In this document: positions 40,701 to 49,295 of the stretch, in pieces
How the letters are laid out: each line of letters begins with the position of its first letter
Numbering within the stretch: the stretch's first letter is position 1
DNA from: Monocercomonoides exilis PA203
Lineage: Eukaryota > Protista > Preaxostyla
DNA length: 64,000 bases
NCBI GenBank assembly: GCA_001643675.2
Contig: LSRY02000005.1
Location: 62,001 to 126,000 of the forward strand
Direction of reading: 5' to 3'
Made by a program: the position numbers and the translations under genes
Notes under the pieces: generated by a model
What the model saw: only the letters and a program-made list of their open reading frames with translations
Databases searched by the model: none
What the model was told of the DNA's origin: nothing

Positions 40701-41588
40701 TGAAGTTGCATTGCATTTCACAAAAGATGAATTCTCAACAGTCAGCGTCGCACTTGAATTATCATGCACATACAGTGCCCCTCCACACGGAGCAGAGCAT
40801 TTATTCCATTCAGCATTCTTATATGTCTGTGTTTGAGTTGTTGAATTTCTTTCTGTATTTCCCACTCTCCAATCCATTCTTTCATTCTTAACAAATGTGC
40901 AATTGTTACAAAAAAAGTTAACAGATCCTTCCGTTCCGCTCACAATCCCTCCCTCAAGCACATTCATTGATCTTTCAATGTCACAATCCTCCATAAAGCT
41001 CATCCTCATCATCCTCTCTTTCACAGTTTGTATTTCCTCTATTTCACAATATTTCTTTGTGATATTCGCAAATCGACAGTTTTGAACACATTGAAAACCT
41101 CCTGCCCCCTTTCTCAAAATGCTTCCACTCCCACAAAACACAACGTTCTTCCACTCACTGTTTCTCACAAGCAACGATGAATCTTCTCCTTCCATCTTCA
41201 CAAGACCCTTCATCATCATATCACATTTGTTATTTCTTCTTTCTGTGTTCAAAGTTGTGTTCATCATTTCACATGTTCCTTCATTGAAGACAAAATGTTC
41301 ATTGAAACCTCTTTTTCTCATCAACAGGCAGTCATCAAGGCACAGGAATGATTTTGTTCCAATATCAAATGCCGCATCATCATCTGCCTTTTCCAACATT
41401 ATTTCCTTCAATTTGACTGACGAGTTATGTATTTCGCAGAACAGTCGAACAACACTTCCCTGCTCCAAAACATGACTTTTAGACTGAGCATGAATGCGAT
41501 AAATGAGATGTCCATTCCTTTGTGCATCATTTCTATCTGTGCCACAAAATATCAAATATAAACACTCGGCCAAAATAAAAAAAATCAT
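33852..41588 (-). CDS. Large type I membrane receptor-like protein: signal peptide, beta-helix (Pmp/pectin-lyase-like) ectodomain, single TM, degenerate tyrosine-kinase-like domain
   Basis: Intronless ORF (track 33852-41666; probable ATG 41588, MIFFILAECLYLIFCG). Repeated GGA(L/I/Y)/GGG(I/L) and FxxN motifs, four CG-x4-5-C-x-(S/T) modules, TM YWLLIVIILVVVLLIVLIIAVI. Kinase C-lobe motifs RWKAPELL, AFSIGMMLWECLTLQIPF and QPNDRP. Confidence 0.85.
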   Translation of the reverse strand: MIFFILAECLYLIFCGTDRNDAQRNGHLIYRIHAQSKSHVLEQGSVVRLFCEIHNSSVKLKEIMLEKADDDAAFDIGTKSFLCLDDCLLMRKRGFNEHFVFNEGTCEMMNTTLNTERRNNKCDMMMKGLVKMEGEDSSLLVRNSEWKNVVFCGSGSILRKGAGGFQCVQNCRFANITKKYCEIEEIQTVKERMMRMSFMEDCDIERSMNVLEGGIVSGTEGSVNFFCNNCTFVKNERMDWRVGNTERNSTTQTQTYKNAEWNKCSAPCGGALYVHDNSSATLTVENSSFVKCNATSTRGGGIYASNIAECTVKHCSFKECYCMASTEFGGAGVEVRDLSQQAIIENCLFKDGWSEDDGGGLAIVSIQTIKTKDCVLDCSFINCSGHDPRSTDGGAYINWNPIDKVVTRNCLFQDSHSDYHGGGVAVKLTSYGGSLLWFCFFHNNTAPYGNDIYIADNSTDSQLVLCFSTRIEGVRYYAGGDKSDWLPNKGGRSRFISSKESQANAKDTFSCGLNESCACLTISHCLSQMIVGFVEEIKVLRGTVVEDKGIDIGEKTITVNGDSSSGSSIETQFETNGLSLFCVGAGELSVNDLSVIHNTSFENNRQGRLFEVEGSGLIDVKRMNISMDSAHSEERSIQNSLVKIEGGELKMQDVRWGRTFSTTSVISLSQGSSASLSLDNCVFGNIVRTTAGSSMMSVDEGSHSITLEGCTIDGCGSEDSEFGGGIMVEVGSGNSLKMNGGVVKNCYASTTQGRGGGIGLKVSNINANFLISSGFEGNRAKWGSDIFIDSIDLETTAKSGKITSLTASLETKNKTQGYENGDESFPIPLCVYLWNNFSAPAFVGGGSLSHDFSKCGFEEFPCSTISKAASVHFEDRKKYISIIDSFSFEEELSLSANEWNIKAKEKKMKCVVCDLIDGAQNALIESTITVSVTGIVFSLIKSLTFHESVFECCSGKLTLNKCGMEGGTEAISTVLVKAIGGAVEVSEFGSENMKIGDSSIFVVEGNAESVPSMNMTHSDFSEITFVDGCVVECHNGKIEEMSGCTFSSITRSKGSGGCISVSNNEDENGDYKVEIFDCTFKGCSVVGEEEEIGGGALFYEASANTNLLMNGCEFYSCAAPYEGEAIGYGGGIMMKILKQEEEEEVGFVIFSPTISSEKPNNAKYGKDLFISSPSLTKSVKNETLPFVKDRLETLTEDSMRGYDGRNRECAIPLIYFWKSIGSSVHVAREGNNVVVCGLLEYPCGSVDYGLKRGSSLGIESIAVQGICDVRSEMSVSGMSLEGTNSETDKIMFVKAIEGDKDAVVECKGVVQFKEVGILIITAFDNDANILIQTDSDTIKTSVIGCSIHMSDNAEGELSFVLIGASKGIVEIEKSKIAGLTSMHEILCISACCVIIMNNVSFETISLSEKSAIAMSERMITVNWNDNSEEEWNILFGQCTFANVKNNLTNNPSLLFCDVTNEVRMKMENSTIDKCGSTSSNEGGGMFFLLNEKGRLEMNHTNVTECFCSNTGRGGGLFLKSQSVSQKALPFVLSNITFRGNVALKGRDVFVKCTDLDSQISESQFLINFGELFVRDLAIWGCTLDHYGNEEDLLGRVFVLRSEFIFVSSVAGNSSDSKNCGEMKSTCRSLNVGVSHIIPSGYSQMLIWNETTLTGSCSAQKVTIKSMEANRNAEIKVREIEVAGEGVVTTSESVRFEKVSFVFGGMGNVVCSCLIHQLNESLILESVSFHSESRIVENTQTIFDFSLIVVEEGVFEADLCIVSHLSFSKPVFEILHSERATFEDVGVDDVECKSSLIECGKSEKVSVSKLAATKVGLEEKSLISFENSHSSLVLSLVLSSFTNISQSASISCIVFTTHPMSGFEIFNCSFHECTSESAKGSQMAITNAEKILMDSCVFEGNLVSGKEGNKITDEVCRWNGSVVDLSMSETVVRDTTIYNSSKGGMSVSGGSVTIAKGEFVDNNPSIENYPSARRNIICSDSGALNVMSLKGGDGVKDNSSLWILNEGCNFEGIVSERDSSLFIPVLEGVETKEVGEEVEIVFKGKLLLPCSLSVMVVKEIGEEKQIEKHECDESGYVSETEVEGRLAKESINEAENEAEVRVCILFGDAGKQSSTDSFIVKNRSEPKANRDDRIVEGGKEGKSYWLLIVIILVVVLLIVLIIAVISTLRWRKVKNEAEDLRGIVNDNIRKDPKLIEMVTMEMSPEEQWRRAEREAEQNNERNVKKRVYDTNMEHSESSEHLLSESGSTEYILGKDSDKIPEWMLEKVEEEEIRKRTPSPSISSTSTTDSDSTFVRSESLCPTTSSMSNLVDAMACSSPHEKLIVDLRDSLFMLLHGRNEKKEMAIGSLQQREQTAAQILFWVANLALHSFDEMENPLQSLSSLSPHIVLFSEHMVICIVMHSDFLSDDSDSSSISSSTVVTSATDDDDDDDSLPSSAFEDEDDFKKECLRWKAPELLMNKKMGATKKSVAFSIGMMLWECLTLQIPFGEYPAEVAGQKIVNGEKPKPEAVENSSLSNAVRCTLCQQPNDRPTLTDLKKEFIQHFPEGAMVMTIADAVDYQMPSECNSQIPDSSSSLISL

Positions 41589-43384
41589 CTCCTTACACAA
41601 CAATGGGTTATCTGAAACCATTTTTTGGATAATAGTCACAAATTTTAATGTATCCTTGAAAATCACGATTCTTCCTGTCTCACTTTCTTTTTATAAATCG
41701 ATGGTAATTCATATTGCTTTGCCTTTTTATATATATTCTATTCTGTTTTAAAAGATTGATTTTTTCTTTTTCATCACTCTTTTATTTCTTTTGTTTTATT
41801 ATGTTCTATCTGAATGAAGTATGATTACCTCCTGAGGTCATTGCCAATAACATATTCTTCAATGTGTAATTATCTATCGATGAAAAGAAGAATAATAATT
41901 CAAAAAGATATTTTCGTTTGAAATATTTAAAAAAAGAAATTGGAAAAAAAAATGACAACATTAACACAAACTTTGAATGTTCAAAGAGAAGAGCTTATTC
42001 GTTTGATAAGTGCATTTGATTTTCATCAATAATTCCATCACTTTAAAGCCAACCTTGTTTTCGAAAACTTCATTTCGAATTCCTTTTTTAATATTTTCTC
42101 CTCTTTTCTCTTTTTCTTGTCTATCTTTTTCTTCATTCGCTATTTCTGAATCTTCATTATTTCATCCAAACTGTTTTGTCAAGTTTATCGCAATTATCTT
42201 CACTTTTTACATATTTCTTTTGTCGCTCACGTTTCATCTTCAAACCATTTAATATTTCCAAAAAAAAAATACTTTCCAATCATCAATGGTCTTCCTAGTG
42301 CAGCGCAAATATTTCATTTTTATGTGCATTCTTCCAATCCTCCTTCATGATTCTTTGTTAATGATTGTTTTGTAATATCCTGGAAAACATCTCATTCAGA
42401 GCTTCATTTCTTTTTTCGCAAAATAGGAATTGCTCATCAATATATCTTTCAGAATGAAAAAAGAAGAGATTTTCAACAATGGATCAAAATCTTTGTTATT
42501 TTTCATAAAAGCTAAATATCTCTTGATTCCTCTGACAATAACTTCAAAACTTTTCATCAAAAACAATGGAAAAATAAATTTATGAAGCAAGGAAGAAAAA
42601 ATTCAAAACCTTCAATTTTGTTGATGATGCTATTGTTTTCATTGAGTGATTTGTTTCAAATTCTGTTTTGGACTCAAATGCATCTTTTGTCATTTCCTCC
42701 CCTTTCTCAAAGCGAATAAATATCATCGATGCAAGTCATTGTTAGAAAGATATATGGATCGATGAGTTTATCCGTTTTATCTTCAAAGCGATGTGGTTCA
42801 ATATCAACAGGTGTTGTTTGTTCAAAAAGCACACTCACGACATATTTTTTTGTGTGTGCGTGATAAATTTGAGCCTCTATTAGACTGCAGAAAGGAATAT
42901 TATACACGAATCGAATAAAGACGATTTTTGCTATCATATCATCAAAATCATCCATTTCCTTCTGAAATAAAATATCTAATAAAAGCCAAAGTGTTGCTCT
43001 TTAATTTTTTGAGAAGCTGATGAAAACAATATCAAACGTTTGCAAAATGTATCTGAAAAAGTCTCTGGAAAACCGAAAGACTGTAAAAACAGAAAATACT
43101 AAATACAGCATAAGTTATTTTTTAATGGGTAATTATCTCAAATATTTTTTTATATACTCAATAATCAAAACCACTCGATGCAATCAGTTCCAATAAAAAT
43201 GATCAACGAAATATTTGCAAATAAATTGAATCAATCTTTTTATCGTATTTCTTGTGCCTTGAAAATTTTTAAATTTAATAATATAATATAATTCAAATAA
43301 AAATAGTTCATGTGGTACAAAATACTTCACTTATTGAATTTTGTTCCACACAATATTTTCAAATTAGACTCTCAATTTATTAAA

Positions 43385-43391
<7 letters not shown>

Positions 43392-43422
<31 letters not shown>
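43392..43422. repeat. Poly(T)31 tract (poly-A on the minus strand)
   Basis: 31 consecutive T. Confidence 0.9.
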
Positions 43423-43424
<2 letters not shown>

Positions 43425-43854
43425 ATTGTTATGAAAATATTGAAATGACATAATTGCAGGAAAAGTTTGGAACAAACCTCAGTTTTTTTAATTGCAAAAT
43501 TATTGCTCCATACATATTCGAAGTTAAAGATTGAAAGATTACATATATATTAATTATAAAACGTTACATAAATTGATTTGAAGAATTAACCTTTGGAACA
43601 TTGCTTCTCTAAACTTGAAACCTCGAAATCAAAATAAAACAGAATGAAGACAAACATTAAGAAAACAGGAACAATAAAAAATAACGAAAAATCTATCATT
43701 TTGCTTTCAATCAAAAAAAAAAAAAAATAAAAATAAAAATAAAAATGCAAAATGAAGCAACAATCGATAATAGAATAGATCGAATATATGCACGCAATGT
43801 GCATTCAACTAATTAAGATTTTCTGTGGAATGCTGTTTTCTCAAAAGCAGCATC

Positions 43855-45129
43855 TTACATCACCAGCCTTTTCAGCAGCGGTATTTTCTGCCAAAGCGCA
43901 GTCACAATCCATGTTGTCAAATACACGCTCACGCAAAGCAGAGGAGTGAACCACAACGGGTTCATATCGTAATAAGACTTCTTCAGCACTTTCGGAAACA
44001 GATAATCTGCCACAAACCTGAAGATCGCAGACTCGTTCAGCAAATAAATCCCCAACGTGCACGATCCTGTCGAACTGAAGAACCACATCACACACTTCTC
44101 AAATCTGCTTGTGGGCTTCCATTTGCACGTCAATGCATAAATCCCACACGCAAACCCCGCAAACGCAAAAGTCGTCGGCAAGCCATAATACTCGTAAAAC
44201 CTCCAGAACTCAGCGTTCTGTGCATAATGCCCAGTCAGAACAACCAGCCCCCAGTTGCACAACGAAGCAAGCACAAACACTCCAAAGCACACCAACGCTG
44301 TCACTTTGCTCTGCCAGTTCACTCTCCCCAGAATTGGGAGGTATCCTGGCTCTTCCACCCAGTTTGGGTGTTCTGCCGATGGATTGCGCTGATACTCCAT
44401 CACCGTCCAGCAGTAATACCCCACCAGAAACGTCAGAAACATCGCCACAAACGCATCTGCCCACACTCCTATTTGCATCCCAACCAGAAAAGTGTGCAGC
44501 AGGTGATGCGACACAAAGATCGACAGAATCGTCATTTCAAGCACTTTCCGGCTTGTCGCTTTCACTGCCTGCCTCACAAACGGCACAATCATCAGCATCC
44601 TCATCGCAATCTGCAAATACCAAAGCGTCCCAGGGTTCGCAAAAAAGATGTTTACCATCTGCCGAATCCGCTTGAACGGAGTCGCCAACTTCATTGCAGC
44701 TTCGAACAGCTTGAAGTTGTACGGGATCATCCACAACGTGTATTGCACCATTCGCCGCACCACATACTTCATCGTGCTTGTTGCGCTGTCGTTCAGCCGT
44801 TTCGGAGACAGCATGATGATCGCTGTCACCACCATAAACAAATGTGTCCCGATGCGCCCAAGTGCACAATACAGATTTGCCCAAATCCAGTACGAAAGCT
44901 TTTCGTTTTTGCAGTAAAGCTTGTACTGGTGCCTTTGCCGCAGCCCTGCATGGCTCAGCACAACTGCCAGAGCTGCAAACGATTTCAATATGTCCAACGA
45001 CGCAATCCTCTTTGTTGGCGCCGCTCCATTTTGAATGCCTCTTCCATCATTTGTTTGTTCGGAAAGTTCCTTCAGCTCTATCGCGCTCGAACTTTCCTCG
45101 TTTGCAATCAACGACTGCGTCTCATCCAT
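43855..45129 (-). CDS. Acyltransferase family 3 (OafA/YrhL-like) integral membrane O-acyltransferase
   Basis: N-terminal RIASLDILKSFAALAVVLSH (RxxxLDxL(R/K)..VxxxH), GTHLFMVVT, TLWYLQI and TLGIYLLN, with about 10 hydrophobic helices. No intron in the core. First ATG at 45129; an extra 5' exon near 45250-45340 is possible. Confidence 0.85.
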   Translation of the reverse strand: MDETQSLIANEESSSAIELKELSEQTNDGRGIQNGAAPTKRIASLDILKSFAALAVVLSHAGLRQRHQYKLYCKNEKLSYWIWANLYCALGRIGTHLFMVVTAIIMLSPKRLNDSATSTMKYVVRRMVQYTLWMIPYNFKLFEAAMKLATPFKRIRQMVNIFFANPGTLWYLQIAMRMLMIVPFVRQAVKATSRKVLEMTILSIFVSHHLLHTFLVGMQIGVWADAFVAMFLTFLVGYYCWTVMEYQRNPSAEHPNWVEEPGYLPILGRVNWQSKVTALVCFGVFVLASLCNWGLVVLTGHYAQNAEFWRFYEYYGLPTTFAFAGFACGIYALTCKWKPTSRFEKCVMWFFSSTGSCTLGIYLLNESAIFRFVADYLFPKVLKKSYYDMNPLWFTPLLCVSVYLTTWIVTALWQKIPLLKRLVM

Positions 45130-45686
45130 CTGTTGATGCGATGCACAAAATATAGCAAAATATCGCAATGAAAGCAAACAATTCAAAAATGCCCACGAGC
45201 CAACATCAAAAACATAAATTCACATTCGAATAAATCGAGAAATAAGCACACATATTTTTCTGCAAATTGCTCAGCCTGCAGTTGGCCATCATCTTCAGGG
45301 TTCTCATTTTGTCCAATGCAGGCGCAACCATCCATCAGATTTTCTCCTCCTTCTAAATAAATAACAAAGTCAAAATTTTCGCTTTAAAGGAAGAAAATCG
45401 CAGAATAATGTGTACCCATCGTTATAGCTTGAGAGGAAGTCGCTTCTCCTCCCCCCTTTCTATCTCCAATTTCATAATTTGCTAAACGAGAATCAAACAA
45501 TGAATGAACAATCTGAGAAATCAAACGTACTAAAAAAAATAACAAACATGTATGTGTATAAAGATATTATCATCACACAAACAACAAAATGGATTATCGT
45601 AAATATCAGCGTCATTGCTCAAAATTTAACATTTGCAGATGCTTATCGAAAAATTTTCATGTTCCAAACTATATTCACAAAAATTA

Positions 45687-48600
45687 CACCAAAAATAATT
45701 CTAATTCGAAAAAAAATAATTCAATTTCGAAAATTAATAATTCGAATTCGGAATTAATATTTCAATTTCGAAAAAAAATAATTCGATTTCGGAATTAATA
45801 ATTCAAAATCGAAAAAAAATAATTCGAATTCGGAATTAATATTTCAATTTCGAAAATTAATAATTCGAATTCGGAATTAATATTTCAATTTCGAAAATTA
45901 ATAATTCGAATTCGGAATTAATATTTCAATTTCGAAAAAAAATAATTCGAATTCGGAATTAATATTTCAATTTCGAAAAAAAATAATTCGATTTCGGAAT
46001 TAATATTTCAATTTCGAAAATTAATAATTCGAATTCGGAATTAATAATTCGAATTCGAAAAAAAATAATTCGATTTCGAAATTAATAATTCAAAATCGAA
46101 AAAAAATAATTCGAATTCGGAATTAATATTTCAATTTCGAAAAAAAATAATTCGATTTCGGAATTAATATTTCAATTTCGAAAATTAATAATTCGAATTC
46201 GGAATTAATAATTCGAATTCGAAAAAAAATAATTCGATTTCGAAATTAATAATTCAAAATCGAAAAAAAATAATTCGAATTCGGAATTAATATTTCAATT
46301 TCGAAAAAAATAATTCGATTTCGGAATTAATATTTCAATTTCGAAAATTAATAATTCGAATTCGGAATTAATAATTCGAATTCGAAAAAATAATTCGATT
46401 TCGAAATTAATAATTCAAAATCGAAAAAATAATTCGAATTCGGAATTAATATTTCAATTTCGAAAAAATAATTCGATTTCGGAATTAATATTTCAATTTC
46501 GAAAATTAATAATTCGAATTCGGAATTAATAATTCGAATTCGAAAAAAATAATTCGATTTCGAAATTAATAATTCAAAATCGAAAAAATAATTCGAATTC
46601 GGAATTAATAATTCAATTTCGTAATTTATTAATTCGATTTCGAAAAAGAATAATTCAATTTCGAAAATGAATGTTTTTTGATTTGTGGAATGAATAACTT
46701 GTGTTTGGGGTTTTAAATTCTTTCAATTTTTATCTCATCAGTATATTTTGTTTATCAATATTTGAAAAATGATGCATTTTCATAAAAAATTTTCTTTCAT
46801 TTTGAATGAAGATTTATTGATTGAAGTTAATTTGAAAACGAAATAAATTCATTTTCATGTTAAAAACCGATATTATCCAAAATTTTGCCAATGAAACAAT
46901 CACATTATTGTGAAGAAATAATTCAATAATCGTGATAATTTTTTTTTAATTTTTATTTGGTTATTCAATAGAATGAATATTTATTAAATTATTATTAATT
47001 GAGAGAATCTTTTCGAAAATGAAAAAAAAAATTAAAAAAATTGATTTATTGATTGTTGCAATAAAAAACAGTTTTCTATTAGTAATTAAATTTGATTGGT
47101 TAAAAAATAACTTGAACTTTTCTGAAATCCATTCTCGAGAAAAATTAAAAATTTCCGTTTTTAATGAATTTTGAAATTGAAATATTTATTTTCGAAATTG
47201 AATTATTCTTTTTCGAAATCGAATTATTTTTTTCGAAATTGAAATATTAATTCCGAATTCGAATTATTTTTTTCGAAATTGAATTATTCTTTTTCGAAAT
47301 CGAATTATTTTTTTCGAAATTGAAATATTAATTCCGAATTCGAATTATTTTTTTCGATTTTGAATTATTAATTTCGAAATCGAATTATTTTTTTCGAAAT
47401 TGAAATATTAATTCCGAATTCGAATTATTTTTTTCGATTTTGAATTATTAATTTCGAAATCGAATTATTTTTTTCGAAATTGAAATATTAATTCCGAATT
47501 CGAATTATTTTTTTCGATTTTGAATTATTAATTCCGAATTCGAATTATTTTTTTCGATTTTGAATTATTAATTTCGAAATTGAAATATTTATTTTCGAAA
47601 TTGAATTATTCTTTTCGAAATCGAATTATTTTTTTCGAAATTGAAATATTAATTCCGAATTCGAATTATTTTTTCGATTTTGAATTATTAATTTCGAAAT
47701 CGAATTATTTTTTCGAAATTGAAATATTAATTCCGAATTCGAATTATTTTTTTCGAAATTGAAATATTAATTCCGAATTCGGAATTAATAATTCAAAATC
47801 GAAAAAAAATAATTCGAATTCGGAATTAATATTTCAATTTCGAAAAAAATAATTCGATTTCGAAATTAATAATTCAAAATCGAAAAAAATAATTCGAATT
47901 CGAATTAATATTTCAATTTCGAAAAAAATAATTCGATTTCGAAATTAATAATTCAAAATCGAAAAAAAATAATTCGAATTCGGAATTAATATTTCAATTT
48001 CGAAAAAAAATAATTCGATTTCGAAAAAGAATAATTCAATTTCGAAAATAAATATTTCAATTTCAAAATTCATTAAAAACGGAAATTTTTAATTTTTCTC
48101 GAGAATGGATTTCAGAAAAGTTCAAGTTATTTTTTAACCAATCAAATTTAATTACTAATAGAAAACTGTTTTTTTATTGCAACAATCAATAAATCAATTT
48201 TTTTAATTTTTTTTTTTTCATTTTCGAAAAGATTCTCTCAATTAATAATAATTTAATAAATATTCATTCTATTGAATAACCAAATAAAAATTAAAAAAAA
48301 AATTATCACGATTATTGAATTATTTCTTCACAATAATGTGATTGTTTCATTGGCAAAATTTTGGATAATATCGGTTTTTAACATGAAAATGAATTTATTT
48401 CGTTTTCAAATTAACTTCAATCAATAAATCTTCATTCAAAATGAAAGAAAATTTTTTTATGAAAATGCATCATTTTTCAAATATTGATAAACAAAATATA
48501 CTGATGAGATAAAAATTGAAAGAATTTAAAACCCCAAACACAAGTTATTCATTCCACAAATCAAAAAAACATTCATTTTCGAAATTGAATTATTCTTTTT

Positions 48601-49053
48601 CGAAATCGAATTAATAAATTACGAAATTGAATTATTAATTCCGAATTCGAATTATTTTTTTTCGATTTTGAATTATTAATTTCGAAATCGAATTATTTTT
48701 TTTCGAATTCGAATTATTAATTCCGAATTCGAATTATTAATTTTCGAAATTGAAATATTAATTCCGAAATCGAATTATTTTTTTTCGAAATTGAAATATT
48801 AATTCCGAATTCGAATTATTTTTTTTCGATTTTGAATTATTAATTCCGAATTCGAATTATTAATTTTCGAAATTGAAATATTAATTCCGAATTCGAATTA
48901 TTAATTTTCGAAATTGAAATATTAATTCCGAATTCGAATTATTTTTTTTCGATTTTGAATTATTAATTCCGAAATCGAATTATTAATTTTCGAAATTGAA
49001 ATATTAATTCCGAATTCGAATTATTAATTTTCGAAATTGAATTATTTTTGGTG
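45687..49053. mobile_element. Non-autonomous foldback-type DNA element: TA-flanked, terminal inverted repeat CACCAAAAATAATTC, arms built of ~20-bp tandem subrepeats, internally an inverted dimer
   Basis: Left end TA|CACCAAAAATAATTC (TA 45685-45686). Right end GAATTATTTTTGGTG|TA (TA 49054-49055). The unique spacer ~46670-47170 recurs as its reverse complement at ~48065-48575. Orientation switches at the palindrome centred on 47777/47778. No credible ORF. Confidence 0.8.
45700..46670 (+). repeat. Tandem array of ~20-22 bp monomers (AATAATTCGAATTCGGAATT / AATATTTCAATTTCGAAAAAA variants) with a ~160-bp higher-order period
   Basis: The monomer variant AATAATTCGAATTCGAAA recurs at 46043, 46207, 46370 and 46528. 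Confidence 0.9.
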
Positions 49054-49295
49054 TATCAAGTTTAAAAAGAATTTTGCTGATAATACAAAAATTCTTGATG
49101 AAAACAGCATTTTCTCTTTTGCATTCATTTAATGAATCACATTCAAAAAGCCGACAACTAATTATAATAAACTTCACAATTTAAAATAAATATTTCAAAA
49201 ATAATTTTATAATATTAATTGTTGATCAAACAATTGCAATTTTTGTCTTAAAAGACCTATAACAACGTTATAGAGGAAGCGCGCTTGCACAAGAT

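Noticed and set aside
42010-43100. Coding-like fragments (e.g. 42707-42955 minus)
   Set aside because: Short, interrupted by stops, and no family recognised.
43825-45171. 448-aa ORF on + strand
   Set aside because: Antisense shadow of the acyltransferase-3 gene. Its His/Gln/Arg-rich composition is what the reverse complement of hydrophobic codons gives, and it has no motifs.
45479-47762. Short ORFs in or entering the repeat arrays (45479-45757, 45589-45798, 47580-47762)
   Set aside because: They are translations of the tandem repeat with no coding signal.
45700-49050. Possible CRISPR array, heat-shock-element cluster or telomeric repeat
   Set aside because: There are no unique spacers between the repeats and no cas genes. 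GAA/TTC spacing is 0-1 nt rather than the nGAAnnTTCn pattern. The repeat is not a G-rich telomere type.
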